From an uncultured Bacillota bacterium (GTDB taxonomy: Bacteria > Sysuimicrobiota > Sysuimicrobiia > Sysuimicrobiales > Segetimicrobiaceae), in NCBI GenBank assembly GCA_963804645.1, contig CAWDRG010000015.1:64001-128000 (forward strand): a stretch of DNA of 64,000 nt, read 5' to 3'. This document shows, in pieces, positions 1-10,771 of this stretch. Under the pieces are notes generated by a model. The model was not told the DNA's origin, ran no database searches, and saw only the letters and a list, made by a program, of their open reading frames with translations. The stretch's first letter is position 1. Each line of letters starts with the position of its first letter. Both the position numbers and the translations under genes were made by a program.

Positions 1-508
1 GACGGAGGCAAGCGGGCGCATTCACACGTCCACCGCGACGGTCGCCGTGCTGCCCGAGGCCGAAGACGTGGACGTCGTTATCCGACCCGACGAGCTGCAG
101 ATCGACACCTATCGCGCGGGCGGCGCCGGCGGCCAGAACGTCAACAAGGTGGAGACCGCGGTGCGGATCACCCATCTGCCGACCGGGGTCGTCATCGCGT
201 GCCAGGATGAGCGCTCGCAGCACCAGAACCGCGAGAAGGCGATGCGCGTGCTGCGCGCCCACCTGCTGGAGCGGGCGATCGAGCAGCAGAACGCGGAGAT
301 CGCCGAGGCCCGGCGCCGGCAGGTCGGCGGCGGCGAGCGCAGCGAGAAGATCCGGACGTACAACTTTCCCCAAGATCGCGTGACCGACCACCGCATCGGC
401 AAGACCGTGCACGATCTGCCCAGCGTGATGGACGGCGACCTCGACGAGCTGCTCGACGCGCTCGCGGCATCCGATCGGCTGGAGAGCCTCACGTCTCTCG
501 GCGTGTGA
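1..508 (+). CDS. prfA: Peptide chain release factor 1, 3' part (5' end lies outside the window)
   Basis: GGQ motif ([22 protein letters not shown]), [20 protein letters not shown]; followed by prmC. Confidence 0.95.
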   Translation, partial: TEASGRIHTSTATVAVLPEAEDVDVVIRPDELQIDTYRAGGAGGQNVNKVETAVRITHLPTGVVIACQDERSQHQNREKAMRVLRAHLLERAIEQQNAEIAEARRRQVGGGERSEKIRTYNFPQDRVTDHRIGKTVHDLPSVMDGDLDELLDALAASDRLESLTSLGV

Positions 509-1455
509 GCGTCGGCCGGCCGGATCGTCCGCTGCGCGCAGGCCCCGCCGACACCGCGCTGCCGACGCGCCAGGACGCGTGGGCGTGGGGTGAGGAACAG
601 CTGCGTCGGGCCGGGCTTCCCGACGCCGAGGTGCGGCTGGAGGCGGAGGTGCTGCTGCGGGGCGCCGCGGCGATCAGCCGCGAGGAGCTGCTGATCCGGC
701 CCGACGCGCCGCTCGGCGCCGGTGCGGCCGAACAGTACGCCCGCTGGATCGCGCGGCGCGCGGAGGGGTGTCCCACCGCCTACCTCGTGGGCCGCCGCGA
801 GTTCTTCGGGATCGAGTTCGCGGTGGACGACCGCGTGTTGATCCCGCGGCCCGAGACCGAGCGGCTGGTCGAAGCGGTGTGCGAGACGCTGCGCGGGCAG
901 CCGGCGCCGCTGATCGCGGACATCGGGACGGGCAGCGGGGCGATCGCGATCGCGCTGGCGCGGTCGCTGCCCGGACTGCGGGCCGTGGCCACGGACATCT
1001 CGGCCGGAGCGCTGGCGGTGGCCAGGCGGAACGCGCGGCGCGCCGGCGTAGATGCGCGCGTCACGTGGCGGGAAGGCGCGGGGACTGCGGCGCTGGCGGG
1101 GGTCGTCCCTGACCGCGCGCTCGATGCGCTGGTGTCCAATCCGCCGTACATCCCGAGCGCCGGGGTGGCGGATCTCCCGATCGAGGTGCGGGCGTACGAG
1201 CCCGCAGACGCGCTGGACGGCGGCCCCGACGGGCTCCGAGTCCACCGCGAGGTGATCGCCGGGGCGCGCTACCTCCGCCCCGGCGGCGTGCTCGCGCTCG
1301 AAGTCTCCGCGCTGGGCGGCCAGGCGCGCGAGGTGGCGGCCCTGATCGCCGCCGCGGGGCACTATGGAACAGCCTCTATCATCTGCGACTACGCCGGGAT
1401 GGAACGCGTCGTCCTGGCGGTGAGGAGCGGCGACGGTGCAGATCATCGGGATTGA
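505..1455 (+). CDS. prmC: Release factor glutamine methyltransferase PrmC/HemK
   Basis: [24 protein letters not shown] motifs; overlaps prfA stop. Confidence 0.95.
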   Translation: MSVGRPDRPLRAGPADTALPTRQDAWAWGEEQLRRAGLPDAEVRLEAEVLLRGAAAISREELLIRPDAPLGAGAAEQYARWIARRAEGCPTAYLVGRREFFGIEFAVDDRVLIPRPETERLVEAVCETLRGQPAPLIADIGTGSGAIAIALARSLPGLRAVATDISAGALAVARRNARRAGVDARVTWREGAGTAALAGVVPDRALDALVSNPPYIPSAGVADLPIEVRAYEPADALDGGPDGLRVHREVIAGARYLRPGGVLALEVSALGGQAREVAALIAAAGHYGTASIICDYAGMERVVLAVRSGDGADHRD

Positions 1456-2074
1456 TCCGGAGAGTGCGGACGTGCCCCTGCGGGCGGTTCGGGTGCTGCT
1501 CTCCGGCGGCGTCGTCGCGTTTCCCACGGATACGTACTACGCATTGGGGGCCGTCGTGTGGAACAGTGAGGCGGTCGCGCGGGTCGTCGCGGCGAAGCGG
1601 CGCCCCGCGGGCGATCCGCTGTCCGCGCTGGTCGCCGATCGCGACCAGTGGCGGGCGGTCGCCGCGAGCCTGCCGGACGGGGCGCTCAGACTGGCGGACC
1701 GCTTCTGGCCCGGTGCGCTGACGATCGTGTGCCCCGCCGCGCCCCACCTGCCGCCCGCGCTGACCGGCGGCGGCGGCACGATCGGCGCCCGCCAGCCGCG
1801 GTCGGCCGCGGCGATGGCCCTGTGCCGCGCGGTGGGGGCGCCCCTCACCGGCACCAGCGCGAACACACACGGCCGTCCGGCACCCATCACTGCGGTGGAA
1901 GTGGCACTCGACCTCGGGTCCGCCGTCGATCTGATCCTCGACGGCGGCCGGTGCCCGGTGGCGCAGCCGTCGACCGTGGTGGATCTTACCGAGACGCCGT
2001 TCCGCATCGTCCGTGCGGGCGTCGTGAGCGCGGACGCCATTCGCGAGGCACTTGACGCGGTCGCCGCGGGCTAG
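1436..2074 (+). CDS. tsaC: L-threonylcarbamoyladenylate synthase (YrdC/Sua5 domain only)
   Basis: VAFPTDTYYALG, KRRP, FWPGALT, TSAN, PSTVVD motifs. Confidence 0.9.
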   Translation: MQIIGIDPESADVPLRAVRVLLSGGVVAFPTDTYYALGAVVWNSEAVARVVAAKRRPAGDPLSALVADRDQWRAVAASLPDGALRLADRFWPGALTIVCPAAPHLPPALTGGGGTIGARQPRSAAAMALCRAVGAPLTGTSANTHGRPAPITAVEVALDLGSAVDLILDGGRCPVAQPSTVVDLTETPFRIVRAGVVSADAIREALDAVAAG

Positions 2075-2082
2075 GGGAAGCA

Positions 2083-2104
2083 CGCGGGAGGGTTCCCTCC
2101 CGCG
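2083..2104. terminator. GC-rich inverted repeat between tsaC and glyA (possible terminator or stabilising hairpin)
   Basis: CGCGGGAGGG-TT-CCCTCCCGCG perfect inverted repeat; no U-tract. Confidence 0.35.
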
Positions 2105-2158
2105 GCGGGGAAGTCGGGCACGGGCACCGCGATCGGGCCCGCGGTTCTTGAAGGAGGC

Positions 2159-3421
<1,263 letters not shown>

Positions 3422-3455
3422 GCGTCGACGTCGGACCGGGACCAGGGAGCCGCGC

Positions 3456-4085
3456 GTGAGCCAGGTGCGAGTGCTCGATCATCCGCTGATTCAGCACAAG
3501 GTGACGTTGCTCCGGGACACGCGCACCGGGCACAAGGAGTTTCGCGAGCTCGTCGAAGAGCTCGCCATGCTGATGGCGTTTGAGGTGACCAGCGACCTGC
3601 CGCTGCGCCTCGTCGAGGTGCAGACCCCGCTCGGCGTGGCGCGGGGCGCGACGGTCGCCGGCCAGGAACCCGCGATCGTCCCGATTTTGCGCGCCGGTCT
3701 CGCGATGGAAGCCGGCGTGCTGCGGTTGATGCCGACCGCCCCCGTCGGCCACGTCGGGATCTACCGCGACCCCGAGACGCTGACGCCGCACACATACTAC
3801 TGCAAGCTGCCCGCGGACATTGCCTCGCGCCAGGCCCTCGTCGTCGACCCGATGCTGGCGACCGGCGGATCGGCAGCGGAGTCGATCACGCTGCTCCGGC
3901 AGCGTGGGGCGCAGACGATCCGGCTGATGGTGTTGATCGCGGCCCCGGAAGGGCTGCGCCGCGTGACGGAGGCCCATCCCGACGTCGACATCTACGCCGC
4001 GGCGGTCGACGATCATCTCAACGACCACGGATACATCATCCCCGGTCTCGGCGACGCGGGAGACCGGTTGTACGGGACACGGTGA
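3456..4085 (+). CDS. upp: Uracil phosphoribosyltransferase
   Basis: [42 protein letters not shown] start at 3456 chosen after GGAG. Confidence 0.96.
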   Translation: MSQVRVLDHPLIQHKVTLLRDTRTGHKEFRELVEELAMLMAFEVTSDLPLRLVEVQTPLGVARGATVAGQEPAIVPILRAGLAMEAGVLRLMPTAPVGHVGIYRDPETLTPHTYYCKLPADIASRQALVVDPMLATGGSAAESITLLRQRGAQTIRLMVLIAAPEGLRRVTEAHPDVDIYAAAVDDHLNDHGYIIPGLGDAGDRLYGTR

Positions 4086-4114
4086 GGCGCGCCGCCGCGG
4101 TGGCGCGCCTCACC
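4081..4114. terminator. 13-bp stem hairpin overlapping the upp stop codon
   Basis: GGTGAGGCGCGCC ... GGCGCGCCTCACC perfect inverted repeat. Confidence 0.4.
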
Positions 4115-4139
4115 GCGTCCGTACTCGAGAGGAGCCCCG

Positions 4140-4619
4140 ATGCCCCCCCGCCCTTCGTGGGATGAGTACTTCATGAGCCTGGCCCACCTTGCCGCCACGC
4201 GGTCCACGTGCGTGCGCCGGCGGGTCGGGGCGGTGATCGTCAAGGACCGGATGGTGCTGAGCACCGGGTACAACGATACCCCGCGGGGCATGACGAACTG
4301 CGGGGAGGGCGGCTGCGAGCGGTGCCGGTCCGGCGCCGCGCCCGGGACCGCGCTCGATACGTGCCTGTGCCTCCACGCGGAGCAGAACGCGATCGTGCAG
4401 GCCGCGTACCACGGGGTCGGGATTGCCGGGGGGATGATCTACTCGACGCACCAGCCGTGCCTGACCTGCGCGAAGATGATCGTCAACGGCGGGCTCGTGC
4501 GGATCGTGTACGACGCGCCGTATCCGGATGCGGTCGCCGAACGGATGCTGCGCGACGCGGCGGTGGAGTTGGTGCGCTTCCCCGGCGGGTCGGTGCCGCA
4601 GGCGGCGCCCGGGGGGTAG
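4140..4619 (+). CDS. dCMP deaminase / ComEB-like zinc-dependent deaminase
   Basis: RPSWDEYFM, RSTC, HAEQNA and PCxxC zinc motifs. Confidence 0.92.
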   Translation: MPPRPSWDEYFMSLAHLAATRSTCVRRRVGAVIVKDRMVLSTGYNDTPRGMTNCGEGGCERCRSGAAPGTALDTCLCLHAEQNAIVQAAYHGVGIAGGMIYSTHQPCLTCAKMIVNGGLVRIVYDAPYPDAVAERMLRDAAVELVRFPGGSVPQAAPGG

Positions 4620-4681
4620 GCGGCGCGTCTCCCACCGGGACGGTTCGGCGGTGGGTGACGTTGACGGTGAGCGCGCATCGC

Positions 4682-4800
4682 GTGGATACCCTCACGCTCT
4701 TCGGTCTGTTTGCCGTCACGGCCATGCTCGTGACCTACACGCTGGAGCAACGGTGGGTGGGTCGAGGCCGTCTGGGCCATCGTGGCGGTGCGCCGATTGG
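4682..4800 (+). pseudogene. Remnant of a small hydrophobic membrane protein gene with an internal deletion and frameshift
   Basis: MDTLTLFGLFAVTAMLVTYTLEQR is followed in a different frame (from 4761) by VEAVWAIVAVRR; these resemble the two ends of a small conserved hypothetical membrane protein family as I recall it. Confidence 0.5.
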
Positions 4801-4868
4801 GGCACCAGCGAGATCCGGGGTCGCGCGCGACCGGCGGTCCCGGCCGGTTGTATGCCCCCGCGCGCGGG

Positions 4869-4877
4869 TGTTATAAT
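4869..4877 (+). promoter_or_regulatory. Extended -10 promoter element upstream of rplY
   Basis: TGTTATAAT in a GC-rich background, ~87 nt before ATG. Confidence 0.6.
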
Positions 4878-4963
4878 GGGCCGTCGTACGGGACCGACTG
4901 TGCGCGAGCACGTGTTCGATCGGCCGCGCCGAGCGCCGGCGCCATCTGGGAGGTCGTGACATC

Positions 4964-5671
4964 ATGGAACGGATCAGCCTGAGCGCGGTCACGCGCTCGG
5001 CCGTGGGCAAGAACGCGGTGAAGAAGGTCCGGCAGGAGGGATTCGTGCCCGCGATTCTATACGGGCGGGCGCGGGATCCGCTCGCGCTCTCCGTCGGGCG
5101 CAAAGATCTCTTGGGCGCGCTCGCGAGCGGCCGCAACGTGCTCATCGATCTCACGATCGCGCGCGACGGCGGGAACCTCGCCGACACCGTGATGATCGCC
5201 GACGTGCAGCAGGACTACCTGCGCCGCGAGATCGTGCACGTGGACTTACATCAGATCAACCTCTCGGAACAGTTGGAGGTCGACGTGTCGGTCGTGCTGA
5301 TCGGGACGGCCGAAGGCGTCGCCTCGGGCGGCGGCATCTTGGAGCAGCACCGCCGCGAGGTGACCGTCCGGTGTCTCCCGACGCAGATCCCCGACCGGAT
5401 TACGGTCAGCGTGACGCCGCTCAACGTCGGCGACTCGCTGCACGTCAGGGATCTCGTCGTGGCGGAAGGCATCGAGATCCTGACGCCGCCCGAAGAAGTG
5501 CTCGCCGCCATCGTGGCGCCCAAGGAAGAAGAGGTCGAGACGCCGGCGGCAGCGGCGGAGGGCACCGCCGCGGCGGAGCCCGAGTTGGTGGGCCGCGCGG
5601 CCGCACCGGCGGAAGGCGAGGACAAAACCGAGGGGGCTGCCGCGAGCAAGTCCGCGAAGGCCGAGAAGTAA
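4964..5671 (+). CDS. rplY: 50S ribosomal protein L25 / general stress protein Ctc
   Basis: GKNAVKKVRQEGFVPAILYG, HVDL, CLPTQIPD, acidic Ala-rich tail; adjacent to pth. Confidence 0.95.
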   Translation: MERISLSAVTRSAVGKNAVKKVRQEGFVPAILYGRARDPLALSVGRKDLLGALASGRNVLIDLTIARDGGNLADTVMIADVQQDYLRREIVHVDLHQINLSEQLEVDVSVVLIGTAEGVASGGGILEQHRREVTVRCLPTQIPDRITVSVTPLNVGDSLHVRDLVVAEGIEILTPPEEVLAAIVAPKEEEVETPAAAAEGTAAAEPELVGRAAAPAEGEDKTEGAAASKSAKAEK

Positions 5672-5719
5672 GCCGAGGTGCGGCGGTCGCGGCGTGAGGG
5701 TGACCGCGCGGGGTTCGCG

Positions 5720-5751
5720 ACGAAGGGCGTGGGACTGTCCGCGCCCTTCGT
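5720..5751 (+). terminator. Stem-loop between rplY and pth
   Basis: ACGAAGGGCG ... CGCCCTTCGT inverted repeat followed by GCTTGTCT. Confidence 0.5.
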
Positions 5752-5760
5752 GCTTGTCTC

Positions 5761-6324
5761 ATGATCGTGGTCGTGGGGCTCGGCAACCCCGGGCGGCGGT
5801 ATCAGGGGACGCGGCACAACGTCGGGCAGGACGTGGTCGCCCGGCTGGCGGCATCGTGCGGCGTGCGGCTCGAAGAGGACGGGTGGGCCAGGGTCGGGCG
5901 GGCGAGGGTGGGAACGGCGACGATGGTGCTCGCGATCCCCGAAACGTACATGAATGTGAGCGGCCAGGCGGTGCGGGATCTGCTGCACCGGCGGCGCCGC
6001 CGGCCCGCCGATCTGCTGGTCGTCTCCGACGATCTGGATCTGCCGCTCGGCCGTCTGCGCCTGCGGCCGGGGAACGGCGCCGGGGGACACAACGGTCTCC
6101 GCTCGATCATCGCCGAGCTCGGGACCGGTGCATTTCCGCGCGTGCGGATCGGCATCGGCCGGCCGCCGCTGCGGACGGATGCGGCCGAGTTCGTACTGGA
6201 GCGCTTCGCCCCGGAGGAACGGCCCGTGATCGACGCAGCGGTCGCCGCCGCCGCGGAGGCGGTGGTGACGGTCGCCCGCGAGGGGCTTGAGGCGGCGATG
6301 AACCGGTTCAATCACAATGGCTGA
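5761..6324 (+). CDS. pth: Peptidyl-tRNA hydrolase
   Basis: VGLGNPG..Y..TRHNVG, TYMNVSG, DDLDLP, GGHNGLRSI, RIGIGRP. Confidence 0.97.
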   Translation: MIVVVGLGNPGRRYQGTRHNVGQDVVARLAASCGVRLEEDGWARVGRARVGTATMVLAIPETYMNVSGQAVRDLLHRRRRRPADLLVVSDDLDLPLGRLRLRPGNGAGGHNGLRSIIAELGTGAFPRVRIGIGRPPLRTDAAEFVLERFAPEERPVIDAAVAAAAEAVVTVAREGLEAAMNRFNHNG

Positions 6325-7897
6325 CGTCGCCGCGGCGCCGGCGCCGGCGCATGTCGCTCCCGAGCCGCATCTCCGCCGCGACGTGTCGGTGTGGGGCTCG
6401 TTCATGTGGGGGTTCGCGGACGTCGGGGCCGACATCTACGCGGCCCTTGGGATCGTCATCGCGGCGACGATGGGCGCCGCCCCGCTCGCGTTCGCCGCCG
6501 CGGGCCTCGTGTACGTCATGATCGGGCTCGCGTACACCGAACTCGCGTCGGCCTATCCGATGGCGGGCGGCGGGCAGTACTTCGTGAGCCGCGGGCTCGG
6601 GGATCTGGCCGGCTTTATCGCCGGTTCCGCGCTGCTGCTGGACTATACGATCGACATCGCACTGTTCGCCACGTTCTCCGCTGGCTACCTGAACTTCTTC
6701 TTTCCGGCCATCCAGCATTTCAAGATGACCCTGGGCCCGTTCGCGAACGTCAACCCGCTGTGGGCCGGAGAAACGGCGATCCTCATCGTCGGGCTCGCGT
6801 GGGTGAACCTGATCGGCGTGCGGGAGTCGTCGCTGCTGAACGAGGTCTTGGGGGCGTTCGGCCTCGTCGCCGAGGCCGGGCTCATCATCGTCGGGCTGAT
6901 CTTCGCCTGGAAGCCCGAGCTGCTGGTGCAGCAGTGGGTGCACCAGTTTCCCACGATCCATCAGTTCATGTACGGGTCGTCGCTGGCGATCATCTCCTAC
7001 GTCGGCCTGGAGTCGATCTCCCAGGCGGCGCAGGAGACGCGGCGCCCCGCGACCGTGATCCCGCGCACGTCAATCGGCCTGATCGGTAGCGTCTTTTTGT
7101 TTGCGGTGTTTTTCTCGATCACGGCCCTCGGGATTTTGCCGTGGCAGGCGTACGCGGCCGATGTGGGCGACTCGGTGGCGCTGTTCGGCAGCCGGCTGCC
7201 GTTCATCGGGGGGTTCGCGGGGCCGCTCGCCGCGATCCTCGGCGCCGTGGTTCTCTTGATCTCCGCCAACACCGGTGTCATGGGCTCGAGCCGGCTCGCG
7301 TACTCGATGAGCCGGCTCGGCCTCGCGTCCGAATGGCTGCGCGGGGTGCATCCCCGGTATCGCACCCCGACGCGCACGATCATCATCTTCTCGGGGATCG
7401 GGCTGCTCGAGGCGATGCTGGCCTTCCTGACGCCGAGCGCCGTCGACGCGCTCGCGAACATGTACGCGTTCGGGGCGACGCTCGGGTATACGCTCGTGTT
7501 CGTCGCGCTCATCGCGCTGCGGCTGCGGGACCCCTATACGCCCCGGCCGTACCGCGTCCCCGGCAACGTCCCATGGCGCTGGCGCGGGACGGTGGTGCAG
7601 GTGCCGCTCATCGGGGTCCTGGGGTTGATCGGGGTGCTGTTCACGCTGACCGAGGTTGTGCTGACCCACGCGATCGGCCGCATCGCGGGGCCGGCGTGGC
7701 TGATCGTCTGCTTCATCTATTACGTTGCCTACCGGCGCCGGCGGGGCCTGCCGGTCGCGGGCAGCGTGGACCATCACTGGGAGGCGCAGCAGCGCGCGAT
7801 CCTGAAGGACGCCGAGGAGCATGACCTCCTCGAGCAGTACGAGATCGCCCTGACGCAGCGCGACCGCGACCTGGCCAAGGAGCACGCGCGTGGGTGA
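6317..7897 (+). CDS. APC-superfamily permease (amino acid or K+ transporter)
   Basis: About 12 hydrophobic segments; YTELASAYPMAGG, YVGLESISQAAQET, SRLAYSMSR, RPYRVP. Confidence 0.88.
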   Translation: MADVAAAPAPAHVAPEPHLRRDVSVWGSFMWGFADVGADIYAALGIVIAATMGAAPLAFAAAGLVYVMIGLAYTELASAYPMAGGGQYFVSRGLGDLAGFIAGSALLLDYTIDIALFATFSAGYLNFFFPAIQHFKMTLGPFANVNPLWAGETAILIVGLAWVNLIGVRESSLLNEVLGAFGLVAEAGLIIVGLIFAWKPELLVQQWVHQFPTIHQFMYGSSLAIISYVGLESISQAAQETRRPATVIPRTSIGLIGSVFLFAVFFSITALGILPWQAYAADVGDSVALFGSRLPFIGGFAGPLAAILGAVVLLISANTGVMGSSRLAYSMSRLGLASEWLRGVHPRYRTPTRTIIIFSGIGLLEAMLAFLTPSAVDALANMYAFGATLGYTLVFVALIALRLRDPYTPRPYRVPGNVPWRWRGTVVQVPLIGVLGLIGVLFTLTEVVLTHAIGRIAGPAWLIVCFIYYVAYRRRRGLPVAGSVDHHWEAQQRAILKDAEEHDLLEQYEIALTQRDRDLAKEHARG

Positions 7898-8102
7898 CGC
7901 CCCGCGGTTCACCGGGGCCGATGCGTACCGCACGGTGGTCAGCGTGCTCATGGTGGCGCTCGGCGTGGTCATCTTGGCGCGGACGCTGCCGCTCGGCTTC
8001 CACGTGACCGCGTTCCTCGTCGGCGCCTGCTTCATCGGGCTGGGGGCGTACCGGCTGTCGTTCGTCGTCCGGTACCTCACGCGTGGGCGCGGACCGGCGT
8101 GA
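7890..8102 (+). CDS. Small two-helix membrane protein
   Basis: 70 aa with two hydrophobic stretches; overlaps both neighbours. Confidence 0.65.
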   Translation: MGDAPRFTGADAYRTVVSVLMVALGVVILARTLPLGFHVTAFLVGACFIGLGAYRLSFVVRYLTRGRGPA

Positions 8103-8746
8103 GCGGCGTGGTGCAGATCAGCGTGGTCGGGGCGGTGCTCGCCGCCGTGTTCGCGGCGGCGCTCCTCGCCCTGCTGCTGTGGATGCTGCGGGTGCCGCGG
8201 CCCGTCTCGGCCGAGGTCGCGCGCGCCGTCCGCTCGGTGGGCGCGGCCCGGACGATCCTCGTGCCGATCCTCGAGGCGTACTACTCGGAGCGCGCCGTGG
8301 AGCTCGCGAGCCGGCTCGGCCAGGGGCAGAAGGCGGCGATCCTGTTGGGGTACGTCGTCGTCGTGCCGCGGACGCTGTCGCTCGGCGTGCCGCTGCCTGA
8401 GGTCGAGGAACAGGCGGCCCGCGCCCTCGAGCGCGCGAAGTCGATCGTGGAGATGCACGCGCTCCAGGCCGACACCGAGGTGATTCGGGCGCGCGACGCC
8501 GGTGAGGGGATCGCCCGCGCCGCCCGGGACAACGACGTCGACGTGATCGTGCTCGGGATCTCGCCGGGATCCGGGCTCGCCGAGGGCACGACGGCGCGCG
8601 TCGCCGAATCGTTGCTCCGCCAGGCGCCGTGCGAAGTAATTATCGACCGTCTCGCCGAAACCAGCATCGGGGCGGGCGTGCGCGGGCCTGAGACGTCCGG
8701 GGCGTCGGCGGGATCCGACGGGCGAGACGCGCCGCACGCGGGGTGA
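8099..8746 (+). CDS. Membrane-anchored universal stress protein (USP domain)
   Basis: N-terminal TM; ILVP, IARAARDNDVDVIVLG, AESLLRQAPCEVII. Confidence 0.85.
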   Translation: MSGVVQISVVGAVLAAVFAAALLALLLWMLRVPRPVSAEVARAVRSVGAARTILVPILEAYYSERAVELASRLGQGQKAAILLGYVVVVPRTLSLGVPLPEVEEQAARALERAKSIVEMHALQADTEVIRARDAGEGIARAARDNDVDVIVLGISPGSGLAEGTTARVAESLLRQAPCEVIIDRLAETSIGAGVRGPETSGASAGSDGRDAPHAG

Positions 8747-8901
8747 ACGGCCCGGGGCGCGCCCCGGACGCGTGGGCCGGATGGGCCTTCCGAGTTTAGA
8801 TCGACACGGGCGTCGTATTATATACTGAGAAGGGTCTTCCGAGGTGGCCTGTCAGGGGCGTCTGATCGAGCAACACGAAGGCGCGAAGGGGGCACGGGCC
8901 G

Positions 8902-9402
8902 ATGCATGTGGTGATCTTAGGATGCGGGCGGGTGGGTGCGACCCTCGCGACGGCGCTCGTGGCCGGGGGGCACTCGGTGGCGGTGATCGACCGGGACAGC
9001 GAGGCGTTCCGCCGGCTCGGCCGCGACTTTCCCGGGAAGACCATTCTCGGGATCGGGATCGATGAGGACGTGCTCCGGAAGGCCGGGATCGAGCGCGCGG
9101 GAGGGTTCGCCGCGACGACGAACGGCGACAACACGAACATCATGTCCGCCCAGATGGTGAAGGTGAGGTTCCGGGTGCCGCGGGTCATCGCCCGGATCTA
9201 CGATCCGCTTCGGGCGGAGGTGTACCAGGAGCTCGGCATCGACACGATGAGCACGACGCTGATCGGGGCGGGCATGTGCCGGGACTTCATCCTCGGGGTG
9301 CCGTTCCACAGCATCGAGGAGTATCAGGCGGGGGTGCCGGGGAGCCCGACCGACGCGCCGCCCCAGAGCCCGACGGGCGCGGTTTCCGAGAGGAGCCGGT
9401 GA
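8902..9402 (+). CDS. TrkA/KtrA-family RCK protein (N-terminal RCK domain only)
   Basis: VILGCGRVG, GDNTNI, VIARIYDP. Confidence 0.88.
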   Translation: MHVVILGCGRVGATLATALVAGGHSVAVIDRDSEAFRRLGRDFPGKTILGIGIDEDVLRKAGIERAGGFAATTNGDNTNIMSAQMVKVRFRVPRVIARIYDPLRAEVYQELGIDTMSTTLIGAGMCRDFILGVPFHSIEEYQAGVPGSPTDAPPQSPTGAVSERSR

Positions 9403-9403
9403 C

Positions 9404-10078
9404 ATGTACATCATCGTCGCAGGCGCGGGGAAAGTCGGGTACTACCTGACCAAGGCGCTCCGGGCCGCCGGGCAGGAAGTGACGTTGATCGAGAAGCTGC
9501 GCAAGCGGTACGACCTCCTCGTCGAAACGTTCGGCGATTCGGTGATCCTGGGGGATGCGTGTGAAGTGTCGACGCTCGAGCTGGCCGGCGCCGCGCGCGC
9601 GGATCTCGTCGCGGCGGTCACCGGTGACGACGAGGACAATCTGGTGATCTGCCAGATGGCCAAGCGCAAGTTCAAGGTGAAGCGCGTCATCGCCCGGATC
9701 AACAACCCGAAGAACGAGGTCACCTTCAACCTGCTGGGGGTCGACGAGACGGTGAGTTCGACCAAGCTGATTTACAGCCTGATCGAGCAGGAGGTCGAGA
9801 TCGCCGACGTGATCCCCATCACCGCGCTGCGGCGGGGTCATCTGGAGCTCGTCGAGGTGACGCTGACGGCCGAGTCCCCGGCGGCGAACCGCCGAGTCCG
9901 GGACCTCGCGCTGCCGCCCAACTGCATGCTGGCGATCCTGGTGCGCGGCGAGACCGCGGAGATCATCGACGGGAATACGGTGCTGCTCCCCGGGGATCTG
10001 ATCGTGGCGATCACACCGGCCTCGTGCGTGCAGGCGCTGAGCGAGGCGCTGCACAGCGGCGGCGTGCCGGCCCGCTGA
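9404..10078 (+). CDS. trkA: TrkA/KtrA-family K+ uptake regulatory subunit (RCK_N + RCK_C)
   Basis: IVAGAGKVG, GDAC, VTGDDEDNL, IARINNPKN, C-terminal ILVRG...LLPGD. Confidence 0.9.
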   Translation: MYIIVAGAGKVGYYLTKALRAAGQEVTLIEKLRKRYDLLVETFGDSVILGDACEVSTLELAGAARADLVAAVTGDDEDNLVICQMAKRKFKVKRVIARINNPKNEVTFNLLGVDETVSSTKLIYSLIEQEVEIADVIPITALRRGHLELVEVTLTAESPAANRRVRDLALPPNCMLAILVRGETAEIIDGNTVLLPGDLIVAITPASCVQALSEALHSGGVPAR

Positions 10079-10091
10079 CCCGGTCCCGCCC

Positions 10092-10119
10092 GGGAACCTT
10101 TTGCCCGTGCGCTCCGATA
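10092..10119 (+). promoter_or_regulatory. Candidate autoregulatory ECF-sigma promoter
   Basis: GGGAACCTTTT (-35 AAC motif with T-tract) then TCCGATA, ~33 nt upstream of the ECF sigma ATG. Confidence 0.45.
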
Positions 10120-10151
10120 GAGAGGAGAGGCATCACCCAGGGGGCCGGGAG

Positions 10152-10769
10152 ATGGCTGAGTCCGTGTCTGTGTTTGGGGCGTTGCCGGGGGTGACGGGGG
10201 TCGCGCCCGGCGCGGAGGGAGACAGCGCCGCCCACCGCCTTGCCGCGTTCGAGGAGCTGTTGCAGCGCCATCTGCGCAGTATCTACCGCGTCGCGTACCG
10301 TCTCGCGGGGAACCACGACGACGCGGAGGATTTGGCCCAGGAAGCCCTCGTCGAGGCGTTCCGCGCATTCGATCGGTACCAGCCCGGCACGTACTTCGAC
10401 CGCTGGGTGTACCGGATCATGACGCGCACCCACATCGACCGGGTGCGGCATCGCGGGCGGCGCCCCGAGACGTCCCTCGACGCCCCAGTGGGCCCGAGCG
10501 GGGATTCGCTGACGGCGCTGATCGGCGACATCCGCGACGACCCCCAGCACCGGACCGAGACCGTGGATCTCGACGGGCCCGTGCAGGCGGCCCTCGACAG
10601 CCTGCCCGAGGAGTTCCGGGCGGTCATCGTGCTTGCGGACATTGAGGGCTTATCGTATGATGAAATCGCTGTCAGCGTCGGTCGTCCGATCGGCACCGTG
10701 CGGTCGCGACTGCATCGTGCCCGAGATATGCTCCGGCGGGCACTGCCCCAATTGGTGAGAAGGAGCTGA
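10152..10769 (+). CDS. ECF RNA polymerase sigma-70 factor (RpoE/SigE-like)
   Basis: DAEDLAQE, WVYRI, region 4 LSYDEIA...GTVRSRLHRAR. Confidence 0.95.
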   Translation: MAESVSVFGALPGVTGVAPGAEGDSAAHRLAAFEELLQRHLRSIYRVAYRLAGNHDDAEDLAQEALVEAFRAFDRYQPGTYFDRWVYRIMTRTHIDRVRHRGRRPETSLDAPVGPSGDSLTALIGDIRDDPQHRTETVDLDGPVQAALDSLPEEFRAVIVLADIEGLSYDEIAVSVGRPIGTVRSRLHRARDMLRRALPQLVRRS

Positions 10770-10771
10770 GG

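Noticed and set aside
2075..2158. Possible ZMP/ZTP or glycine riboswitch upstream of glyA
   Set aside because: Only generic GC hairpins; I could not find the consensus elements (e.g. GACUGGCG...CGCCUGGG).
8747..8901. Possible c-di-AMP (ydaO) riboswitch before the trkA pair
   Set aside because: The characteristic GCUGAAUCC / GUCAGCUAA segments are absent; only an AT-rich promoter-like patch (TATTATATACT) is seen.
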